Assembly (NCBI GenBank): GCA_000708835.1
Contig: DF236965.1
Coordinates: forward strand, 1 to 64,000
Direction: 5' to 3'
Source: Klebsormidium nitens
Taxonomy: Eukaryota > Plantae > Klebsormidiophyceae
Length of the DNA stretch: 64,000 bases
In this document: positions 11,033-22,324 of the stretch, one piece after another
Numbering within the stretch: the stretch's first letter is position 1
Layout of the letters: every line of letters starts with the position of its first letter
Program-made: the position numbers and the translations under genes
The notes under the pieces: generated by a model
Databases searched by the model: none
What the model was told of the DNA's origin: nothing
What the model saw: only the letters and a program-made list of their open reading frames with translations

Positions 11033-14000
11033 CTAGCTGGCCGCTTCACTGTTTTCTACCGGGACCTCCGCATCTTCCGCGATTGATTGGGTCGCAGTGT
11101 TTCTGGCATTCTGTTCCACCTTTGCATGCGCCCGGTTCCGCAGCTCCTCGAACGCTCGCATGCTGTCGGAGTCGAAGCCGCCAGCAAACTGCATAGATGT
11201 AGAACCGGCATTAGCGGCCGCTCACCAGACGAGATGCCCGGCCATAAACTTCAGCTTTTCACGGAGAAGCTACCTCCTGCCTGCCATTCGATGCACACAG
11301 CTGGCACCAGCTTAACATCGCCTTCGTTTCTGCCAATCTAGCGGGATCGAACAGCAGAGTTCGCGAAGTCTCCAAAAAGCTACTCTCCAAGTTGTCCCCG
11401 CTACTGCTCCATTCCTGCTCTCGCCACAGGCTTCCTTCCGTGACCCCTCGCCAACCCCGTTTCCAGGTCAGCTCCAAGTTCGACACCTCGTCAAGCACAC
11501 AGTGCATCGTCAAAGCACAACCACGCTTCTCTTGCCCAACTCGCGCGTCGTCGCGGCTACACGCCCCGGGCGGGGCTCTCACCTGGTGCACCCGGAAGGC
11601 GAAGCGCACGCCCTGCAGCAGCAGGAAGTCGTGCACGGGCGCTTTCTCCCCGGCGGCGTCCGTGGTGGTGTACTGGTCCAGCTCGCGCGCGACGCGCTGC
11701 ATGTACTTGCGCGCCAGGCCGACCGAGGCCTTCTTGATGGCGCCCACCACGCCGCTGTCCTGGATCCAGTACACGGGCACGCCGAACTCGCGGTACCGCG
11801 CGATGGCCATGTCGCGCGTCCGCAGCAACGCATAAATACTCGGCTCCACCCTGGCAAAGGAATGTTCGTTCAGAGGACGTTGATGGGGGCCGATTTTTAG
11901 CAACTCCTGTGTTTCACAAGCGAGCAGCTTTTTTGGAGAGAACAACAACTACACATTCTGTCTTGTCCGACTTTAGTTAGATCAAATCGAAAGAAGCAAA
12001 CCGATTAGGAGCGAGCCTGCAGCCTTTCGCGCGCCCATTAGATAGCATCCGCAGAACGCGTCAGTTGTCAAAAACGTGCGTGCAAAATCGCGCAGGATAT
12101 CTGGTCGCGCGCTCACTTTTCCATAACGGCGAACATCTTTTGTAGTGACACCTCGACGGGCACGTTGGGATCGTCCTCGAAGTTTTCGAGCTCGCGCTGC
12201 AGCTTGCCCAGGTCCTGGAACTCGAACGCGGCCTCCCGCAGAGCGTCCGCCTTGCCCTCCGGCCAGTCAAAGTGCTTCAGCACCGCACGCTCGTCCACCT
12301 GCAAGCAGCATACGAGATGGGCGTCTTAAGTAACGACCTCAGACACGCGACATATTGGGAAAAGACAATCGATAGGGAACCGACTGAAGGGTCTGGTTGA
12401 GTGGGTGGGCTTGGTACGAGAAGCCACGGCCAAAGTGCTTCACAGGTCTTGCCGAACCGAATTGAATGTCACAAGGCTAGCTACTCTCGTAAGAAGTGTG
12501 CAAGCAAACACAGCCAACCCGTGCTTGCACAGATCTGCATTCAACCTACATTTGCATGGTGCTAACTGCCTGCCTCCGTCCCACGCATTGAAAGGGGTAT
12601 CGGCATACACTTTCCAGAAGCAGATGCAGCTCTGATGATTGAACGGTTACAGCCGAACGATCGTCATGCCCGAATTTGCCAAAGCGCATACGCAACCCCG
12701 GGCAAGCCGTGACGAGGCAGCGGGCTCATACTCGGCTGTGGGGGGCTCACCAGGAAGGAGAGCTCCTCGTCGAGCCAGCTGACGAAGGCCACAACGTCCT
12801 CGATCCTGTCGTACTCCGCGGCCCGCACTTCTTGCGCCAAGCTCTTCACAAAGTCCGCCTGCGCCTCCACGTCCGCCTTGATCTGCACGCATTCACACCA
12901 GCGCACTTTGTTCCGTCAGAAGGAGCCCTTCCCCATACAGGTAACACCATACGAAGTTTGAGGCACCGAGATGATCCCAAGCGTTTGCTGCGAAAAGCAA
13001 AGCCTCTTCGCTTCCGGCTGGAAAAAGGAGCGCAATGAGGGGCTGTGTGCGCTTACCGCGAGCAGGTGGGACGACCGGTTCTCGATCTCCGCCACCATCT
13101 CTCCGCGCGCTCCGTCGACATCCATGCCCGGCCCGCTGATTCCGCCCTCCCCAGTGTAACCCCGCCCGATTCTCATCAGCGACTGGTACAGCTGGATAAC
13201 CTCGGGCGCCCTCTGCACGCCGTCCTTGGTGTGAATGGGCGCCAGCTTGCCGCCAGGCGCCCCGGGGGGCGGCGGTGGTGGAGGGGGCCCACCTTTTCCG
13301 GGGGGTGGAGGAGGGGGCGGCGGAGCACCCTCTGGCCCCACGAGCTTTGCCTTTGGCACCCCGGGTGCTGGGGGACCCCCCGCGGAGGGGCGGGGAGGTG
13401 GGCGTGGCACTCGGGTGGGCCGTTTGACGACCTCCATGGGGGGGAGGCGGCTCTTGGCCCCTCCGCGGCGCGAGGCGCGCTGCGCGGCGGCCATGGAGCT
13501 GGTGGCGGCCTGGCGGGAGAGCGCCATGTCGGAGCGCACCTTGAAGGGGGGGTACTTCTCGCTCATGCTGCTGTTGGCCACGCTCTTGGACATGAGCTTC
13601 AGGCTCTCGCTCGTGTCCGACCGCCGGTCCTTCGCACCCTGCACCCAGCACACAAGGGCTAAGCCAAACGCATTGCGGGATTAGCCCTACTGCACCACTT
13701 GCAAAAAAAATCTCTCTATCCAGGCTTTCCCCAGCGGATAACATGCTGCAGGCAGCTCTGGGTTCAGCCGCATCAATTCATCTTGTCTACATCGCTCGAA
13801 AGATTCAGCCGAAACCTCTAGCAGTGGACCAAAGCCCGTCCGCATCCAGGAAAAGATCATTTCAATTGTACAGACTTGCAGGCGCCTACCTCGCTCGATT
13901 TGCCCTGGTTCGGTGTCGCTGATTCGGGGCCGTCTGCGGGCTGCTCGTCCTCTTTCTTGGCCCCGTATGTCGTGATTTCGGCGGACTCGTCCTTGCGCTC

Positions 14001-17000
14001 CCCCAGAAGCGTCTCCAGGCTGCCCATCTTGCGCACGTCCGCCTTGCGCTCGCGCAGCTTCGCAAAGAAGCCCTTGTTCTTCTTGCCCGCGTCCAGCAGC
14101 GCCGCGCCCCAGCCGCCGACGCCCTCGCCTGCGATTCAGAGTGAGCGTCACATAAGCAAAGAGCTCTGGTGATCATCGGCCACGCAATTTGCAATCGAGT
14201 CCGCTTCAAAAGGGGAACCCTCCTACAGCAAGCACACCTGCGATTGGCACAGCTGATGCATACCGTTTCTGGCAGTCGTTTCTTGACATACGCAGCCAAG
14301 CAATTCCTGTACGCAAATGCAATACGACCTTTGGACGACGATGCATAAGTACATATTTTGCACAACTTTCTGGCTTGTGCAACCAAGATTCTGACCACCT
14401 TGTTGACAGCCAAGTTGCAAGCGACGGCTCACTCTCGCTGCCCGAGACACCGCTCTCGCTCTCGTCCCCGTTTTCGGACGCGGTGAGGCTGCGCTGCGGG
14501 TAGGCATACTCCATCATGAGGCCCTTGGCTTTCTCCTGAGAGCGCGGGCTCAGGCTTGCGTTCAGTGTGAGCGCCTCTGACATGCCCTTGTAGTTGCGCA
14601 GCTCAAAGCGCAGGCACGCGTTCACCCAGCGTAGATATACCAGCTCCTCCACCTCCGAGAAGCGATTCATCTGCAGGCCTTCCACCTGGCAACGCAGCAG
14701 ATGCAGAGCAGTGGTCAGAACCTTAAATGCAGAGGTCGAAACGGGATGCACATTCGACTCCCGGATCTTCACTTGGGGCACATCCGGATTCTGGCTCTCG
14801 ACTTGAGCAGGATTACCAATCACCGAGGATATTGTCAAGCACCAATAGCCTGACAGAGGGGTTAGAGCAGCTCTATCAAAGTGCATCACGCTTCAAGATT
14901 GCTCGTCTTGCAACTCTCCTCTGTGGACATCGGTGCTTCCTAGCCCATCACAAACGTGACGCCTGAGGCTTCAGGGCAGTGCCATGGACCGCTCACCTGC
15001 GCCTGCATGTCGTCGTAGGCGTGGCGCAGCGCTGCGTTCTCCTCCTCCTTGCGCAGCATCTCCTCAGTGTCCTGCAGGTTGGCCAGCTTGCGCACCTGCC
15101 CCTCTAGTTCCTGCACCTGCATGCTCATCTTGCGCTTGCTCAAGCTCAGCTCCTTGATCTGCCGCCGGCACCCCAGCAACTCCATCTCCAAGTCCCTGCA
15201 ATTACAAGTGCCCGAGCTAATGAGTGCCACCGTTCTGTTGGCAGTAAGGCGCTTGACCGAGACCCAACAGAACATCAGGAGTCGGTTGATCTTATCATAA
15301 GAATGTATAAACCTGAATTGGTGCAAATAACTGGATGCAACAAGGCCTGATGTGGGGGAAACTCTTCCTTCTAATCAAAGTTGCACCTGATAATCTCAAA
15401 AGTCCCTCTTTGCAGATGCATCTGCAAAAAGCATCTTCACGAAATCCCCGAACCTCATATTTCCTAATGGTGTAAGCTCTAAACAAGGCCACAAATATCA
15501 GGTACAAGAGCCCCTGCAATGCGGCAATACCGTGCGTAGCGTCCACATCAGAACAACAGGGAAGCCCCAACGCAACTCACTTGATGGCATCGACCCTCTT
15601 CGTCATCTGCTCCTCGCGGTGCTCGATGGCCCTCTCGCGCTGCTGGTAATCGTCCACGCGACGCTTGAGCACCTCAATCTCCAGCAGCAGTTCCTTCCCG
15701 CCCTTGCCCCCAAGCTGCGCCTGTAGTTCCTGCTCACGTGCCTGCGCCTGCGCCACCTCACGTCGCAGGGCTGCTGCCTCTGCGGCCAACGCCTTGCTCC
15801 TGGCAGTCAGGGCGTCCACCTCGCCAGGCGCGGGGAGTTGGTCTGCAGCGCACAACACGGGTCAGCAACAGTCTGTGGCCCCGAGAAGGCAGAATTCTGG
15901 ACAATGAGAAGGGAAAGGTTAAACCTTTTGTCTACCCCATGTATGAGACGGGCAACAAACATCGTGCATTTGGATTTGGTCCTTAGGAAAGTCGGCCAGA
16001 GTACGGCTTTTTTAAATTTCTAAGAAGCAATGCTTATCCTTTGGCTAGTAAATGTTGATTGACATCCAGCAAAATGTAAGGGGACCCCTTTCTTTAGCGT
16101 GCATGCGTACCCGCGAGTTCTTCTTCCCGGTCTCTAAGTCGCTCCACCTCCGCCGCCAGCTGTGACTCGCGGTCATTGAGGCGCCCCACCTCGTGGCGCA
16201 GCTCCCACAGCTCTAGTTCTTGGTCATCAAAGGGGGACAGCCCGTCTCCCTCTACTTGAGGCACATCCTCCGCCTCTTCCTCTTCCTCCGCCTCTGCCTC
16301 CCCTTCCCCTGCGACCTTGCGCGCCAGCGCCTGTTCCTTGGCCTCTAAGCTGGCCAGCACCACCTTGAGCCGCTCAATCTCTGCCGCCTCCTGCTTGACT
16401 CTCTCCTCTTTCTCACACAGTGCGGCCACGGCGTCAGCTATGTCGGGGACCCCCTTGGTCCGCTCCTTGGAGTCACCGTCCAAGAGCGAGTCTTGCGGCC
16501 AGCCAGGCACGGCCTCCGCCTGCTCGGCAAGGAGGAGCGCGGCAAACTCCTCAGGTTTGAGGGAGGAAACCGAGGCCGGGGCATCGAACGAGCTAGACAG
16601 ACTCTGGCTGCCAGCCTTATCGTGACCAGGCACGACAGAGGTGTCAGGGGCACGCTCATTGACAAAAACCTCTCGGACAGTGGTCTGCGCGGAGAACAGG
16701 GGAGAGAACACCACTCACACCCAAATTCAAGCCCCAGTTGACCTTGCAATCGGACAATGGTCAGGAGCAGCATGCAATGATTGATGCAATCCTCCGAATA
16801 ATTACCTGTCTGCATAGAGCGTTGCCCGGCCCAATGCCGGGTTCCCAGGGCCGTCAAAGGAGATGATATATGAGGAGGCGAAAATCTCACAGACATAGAA
16901 TTGCTCTTGGAATGGCTCACCTCGTCCTCTTCACCCTCTGCTTTGGGATGCAGCACATGATGCCGGTGCGGGGCAGACCTGACCCCATTCACATCATCTG

Positions 17001-17737
17001 AGCTGGTGACATCGGATGTCACATTGTGACCCCAAAACCTGCCCCACCGCTGGTTCTCGGCTTCCGCCCATGCCGCATCATCGTAGTCAAAGTATTCTGG
17101 ATCGTCCTTTTTCTTCTGCTTACGGCGGTTGAATACTCGCCGGACATGGCCTGCCCCCCCTTCAATAGAATTGACCCCCCTTGCCAGCAACTCGACAAGC
17201 GCCTCCAACGGATTGGGGTCTCGATGACCCCGAGGCGACGAGTCTTCATTACTGGCATGAACATCTACACAGAAGGGTAGCATTGTGAAGTCAGTGCTCC
17301 GAGAGAGAGACTTTCCATGTCTTGTCATTCTCATGAATCGAGAAGCTTGTCTCACCATCTCACACGGTACGCTACATGCCAAATATGCATGAAAGGCAGG
17401 CAACAATGCACTTGCAGACACCACGGGCAATGCTTCTCCTGCCCTCTCAACATAGTCAAGGTCTATGAGCAGAAAGAACCTTTTGCACAAGTATAGCTCA
17501 CCAGCGGTTCATACAATACTGATTCAACATTTCAAACAGCGATCTTTTTGCAAGAAAAGGACCTTGAAGTGCAAAGCATATCGCTCATCTCTACAGCAGC
17601 GATGAATGCCAGCCTCCCGCCTCCACCTGCTCACCTTCCACGTCCTCATCCAAAATATCGGGCCTTGCTTTAGAGCGATTAACAAGCTTCACGCCAACCG
17701 CTCCTGCGCCCAGGGCAACGCCCCACCGCAGCCACAT
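11033..17737 (-). CDS. CHUP1: CHLOROPLAST UNUSUAL POSITIONING 1 orthologue, about 1097 aa; 12 exons
   Basis: Exons 17737-17635, 17264-16921, 16684-16111, 15842-15581, 15195-14997, 14685-14433, 14128-13890, 13638-13057, 12882-12751, 12298-12117, 11850-11583, 11188-11033, all phases consistent. It has an N-terminal hydrophobic anchor (MWLRWGVALGAGAVGVK), coiled coils, VEGLQMNRFSEVEELVYLRWVNACLR, SLSPRSQEKAK, a polyproline region, and the C-terminal domain motifs IENRSSHLLA, VDERAVLKHFDWPEGKADALREAAF, LLLQGVRFAFRVHQFAGGFD. Confidence 0.95.
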
Positions 17738-18744
17738 ACTGACCTCAGACCATGGGACATTGCATTGCAACCAGAATTGAGGAAGCTATCTTCATTAGCT
17801 GGCCTTCAGCATAATTTCTCAAAGTCACATGCATGCTCTTCCTCCAAAATCCTAGATTTCATAATGATCGTGCTCTAGAACCAATTTGTATGGTACACAA
17901 GCACGTCAGCATGGGCTGCCCACGTGGCAATGGAGGTCCTATGCAGGTCAGGTGCAGATCAGGATTTTGAATGAGCAGAGCCTTTCCTCTAAGCTGGCAC
18001 AACTTTGTCATTGCTTGCGTGATGTCAACAAGGAAAGCATCATGGCGGCTCAGGGCAGTGGGCACCCCGCTTCCGAGTCTGTTCCCGCCATTTCCCAGGC
18101 AAGACTTAAACTTAAGTTTGAAGTTTTGGGCGGCCGCCGGTGCGTGCCGCGGCCGCGCAGTGTCCTGTCACGGGCGCGCCCGCAAGCAGCTAGCCCATGG
18201 CACAGATCGAGTTCATTCGGGTTTGGCTTCGGACACACTCCACTCGGCAAATGAATTGCGTCCGCACCGTGTACATGCCCACTGACTCACGTAGACACAA
18301 AGCCTGCGGACAAAACCTTGGACAAGACCCATGCACGCGCGCCAACGCGCTCCAATCACTTTTCAAGATGAAAATTAGGGTTCTCTCGTCATGCACGTTC
18401 TGCATTGCACGCAATTTACCGTTGGCAACTTGCACTGTTGATTGACCAAGTTGACCATAGACTACATAGATTCGCCATCACTTTCCTCAGCTTTCAAAGA
18501 CGATAGCAAGCTGTATCAACCCCTCTCCCATAGGGAGCGCAAAAAAGACCAGCAAGAACCAACTTTGAGAAGATGCAGGCGTTGAGCTGGCAGTAGTAAT
18601 AGAAGAAATGGAGGGGAGAATGTTGCAGGGAAAAAGGCTCACCAGCATTAAGAGGATATGACGAAGTTATGAAAGCGGGTCGGACGTTGAAGTGCAGATT
18701 GCAGGCAATTTTCGGCGTTGCTGTTTGCAATGCTGTGATTTACA

Positions 18745-21141
18745 ATGAAGAGAATTAAGGTAGGCTTCTTGTTGCTTCTTTAACTGCTTCCCAAGGCTCG
18801 ATCCCGCATGAAAAAGGCAGAAAGCTTTGTCAACCGCTCCATCTTGAGCTGGCTGCAGTGCAGTGGTACAAAATGTCGAAGATGGTTGTGCCTTTGCGTT
18901 GTTTTTCTTACACCACGAAGCTGCATCTGGCAGGCAACTGGCTATTGTAGACCATCCTCATGACAACAGCTTGCCCAGGAAATTTCCAACGGCTTTTTTT
19001 CTGCAGGCGATCATTGCAGTGGTTATTATCCTGGTGTTCCTGGGAATAGATGGCTTCGGAGGCTGGCTGCGCACACAGTGCATGTTCTCAGCATCCACAG
19101 CACTGGCGCCACCCAAGCCGCCCATCTTCTTCCTGGCGAATGATCTTCGAGACTTTGTGGTCGCCAACGTCCAGGTTCATGAATCTGTCCTTATGATTCT
19201 TCCACCCAACATTTTCTTGTCTAACTTAGGAGCATCCCACACCTCGACCTGCTCTACTTGCCCAATCTCCTTCCTCTTTCCATCAACAGACTCGATCATT
19301 TCAACAGGTTCGTGAACTGATGACACTTTCTGATGTTTTGTTCACCTACTCGATCAGATGTCAGGATTGTCAGATTCGCTGATGTCTTGACTGAAATATT
19401 AAGTGTTGATTACTTTGGACAGATATAATCATCTCGTACTCGTACAGATGGCGTCCCTGCACAATCCTGGCACTCCCATTTACGTCATCACCAGCTGTGA
19501 CCAGTTCGAGCTGGGACGGGGGGCCCAGCTGGAACGTCTACTTTCGCTGCCCCTTGTCAGGCTGAAACTGATAGAGAACCACCTAGCCAATGGCACCGAC
19601 GCCGAGGCTTTCGAGCGCATGTACTGGTAAGAGCTGGTGCTTATAGCGTCAAGGGAAATTGTCCATTCAATTAAAGGGGCAGCCCTTAGGTTGTTGAGGA
19701 ATATAATCATCTTGCAACGAAATTGAGTGTTCAATCATCCTGATCAGAGAAGACTGCTTCGAAGGTCCTTCGAAGCAGGGCTTGAATCTGTGCTGCCTCA
19801 TAGTTGTGATTGATTCAAGTTCTGGGAAAGAATGACTCAACTCTCCGAAGCTCAATGCTCTGCAGGACATCCTTCGTGTTCGCTCTTAAAACAAGGCCTC
19901 AAATTGGACGGCTCCGAAACTTTGTGTGAGTCTCGAGATTCTCCCAAACAAATCGCCAAAATCACTCGCTGTTATGGCGCCTTCTGCAGGCCCCACAGTT
20001 TGACCAGCTTCAAGTTCGGGCTGTTCAACTTCCAGCGCTTCTTTGTGGTGCGGGACATCGCGCGCGAGGAAGGCCTGCCCCGCTTCTGGCAGGTCGACTT
20101 CGACATCGCCCTCTTCGCTGACGTCAGCGAGCTCGCACGTGAGGCTCCGACGGCGGATCTCGTGGCGCTCAATTCGTTCTCGACGCACTTCGCCCTGTGG
20201 ACGCTGGACACGCTGCAGCGGTTCTGCGACTACATGCTCGATTTCTACACGCGACCTAGGGAGCAGGTAAGACTTTGTTGTGGGGCGTGGAACCGCCCCA
20301 CAACTAGTCCGCTGTTCCTTTCCCAAGTGCACCTCCTGTCGAATACACTCGTGACAAGCATCAAAACTATGTGCGCAATTCAGGGCGCTTGTAAACTCGT
20401 TCTCCTCCAGAAACGGAGCTACTTCGTGATGCTCGATTTTGTGTTGCCTACTCGGCTGGCCACTCAAGTGCTCCTTGGATTCGAACAAGGGCGATGCGTC
20501 AGCAGCTCCTTTACGTGCAGGCTGAAGCGGACATCTGGAGGTTTGGGGAGCGGATGAATCAAACCTGGGCGCAATGGAGTGACATGTGAGGCCCGTACTC
20601 TTGTTGTCGGTTTTAGATTGGGCACAGTCATGTATGTATCGTAGGCTTTCAATCAAAGGTGTGAAAGTCTATGCGACGAGCGAGGCGTTCGTTTTCATTG
20701 AACCCTCATTGAAGCTCTGTTCACGCGACTGCACTGCATCTGATCCGATCCACCCGTTGCTCGTGACGTAGGTTCATGTTGCATTCCTTCATCGAAACCC
20801 AGCAGCAGGACTTGCGTATTAAGTTTTTGGTGCAAGGGTTCTACGACCGTCCCGTCATGCAGTATCCAGTGGTTGGTCACTACCTAAAGGGTCATCTTCG
20901 ATATCTTGGGGTAGAAAATCTGGGACTCCTTCTAGGCTGGGACTGTAAAGAGAGCGAGTTCGACAAGCGAATTGAGTTAAAGCGAATTGATGATAGGTTC
21001 GTACCGGTCTTTAATGAGACTGCGTTGCTGGGGCTGCATTTCCAAGGCTACTACTGTAAACAATGGGCTTCGAAGCTTTTAGGGCGTCTAACAGAGGCTG
21101 CGCTAGGAAGCACGAGACTATTACCGCTGGGAGCCATGTGA
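18745..21141 (+). CDS. Type II membrane glycosyltransferase-like protein (DxD motif), family unassigned; 6 exons
   Basis: Exons 18745-18759 (MKRIK, tentative), 19007-19174 (weak GTTCAT donor), 19448-19626, 19990-20266, 20521-20585, 20772-21141; phases consistent. It has a signal anchor AIIAVVIILVFLG, then FNFQRFFVV, WQVDFD (DxD), WSDM and LGLHFQGYYCK. Confidence 0.65.
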
Positions 21142-22324
21142 CACTGACAGTCGAGCCTGTACAAACGACCGGGCCTGTACAGTATCCATCGAGATAACAT
21201 CGAGTCCTACCAACTTTCCAGATTGTGGTGTCATCGAGCAGCGGGTTTGATCCATGAAATGAAGCGACCAGCGAGCTTTTGCATTGTCAATGATCGACAA
21301 ATACACATGCGTCATGTAATCTGCAATTTCTCCTACTCATACTCACATTCTGCTGACCATCTGATAATCAGATTGATCGCCGCCTTGATCATGCATGCAG
21401 CTCGAAAGCTAGGCTGCATTTACACAGTGCGGGCTACAGCAACGATCGCGGTACCTATTCGAAATCAACGAGTGGGTGTACAGTATATGCCAGCTCGGGT
21501 CACTGCGCTGACATGTGTATATGGCGCAGTGATTCGGCGATCCGTCATCGTTGCTCATTCGTGCATGCTGTCGCTCATGATCAGCTAGGGTAAACGGTAT
21601 ATATTGGCTCCGGGGCCAATGTCGATCACCGACAATAATTTTGGCCATGAATGCCAGCCGCACTGGATGCGTGCATGCAAGACATCTGCTGCAGTGCGCA
21701 GCAAAACTACTTCAAGGCCGGCCTGGCTTTGATTGGCTGCGCGCGCGGATAGTATGGGCAAATCATGGATCACTCAACTAACAGGGCCTAGTACCGGTTA
21801 CAAGAAGGGCAACTGGCATCTCTTATGAAGAAGTGGCACGTGGCAGTCTGGACAATTCTTAAAGGTAGACATCTCAGCAACACAAGCTTGACGGTTGCTG
21901 GCACAAGGCAGTCTGAATTGAAATACATCTCAGCAATATTCGTGGCTCAAAAATCCTCGTAATAATAAGACCACTAATCATGTTTGCGATTGATCAGCAG
22001 TGGATGGTGTGCACTTCACTGCTGCTGACCTTTATTTTACTCAGCCGACTTGAATGTGACCATGGAAACTCGCAACTCTCTACGTCTTATTGACATAGTG
22101 TACAATGGGCTGCCCTCAGTAAGTAGTGCTTGCAGAATGTTGCAGTGCAAATAAATCAACAATAGATCAGATTTTCAAAAGCCCAACCCTCCGGATTCAG
22201 CGCTGTTACTGAGTCCTCGCGAAACGGCAGATTGTAGCACTACCCAGAAGCCGATTAGTGTGAGGCCCGCTCCCTACAACCTGCTTTGTGGCAACACCAC
22301 GAGGCCCTCCGCGACAGCCGTCGT

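Noticed and set aside
11392-13684. Long antisense ORFs over CHUP1 (similar ones over the ABC, kinase, SUMO protease and TAF1C-like genes)
   Set aside because: Shadow ORFs expected opposite GC-rich coding exons; no recognisable motifs.
19317-19394. Intronic C/D-box-like pattern (CTGATGA...CTGA)
   Set aside because: Imperfect C box, no terminal stem and no recognisable antisense guide.
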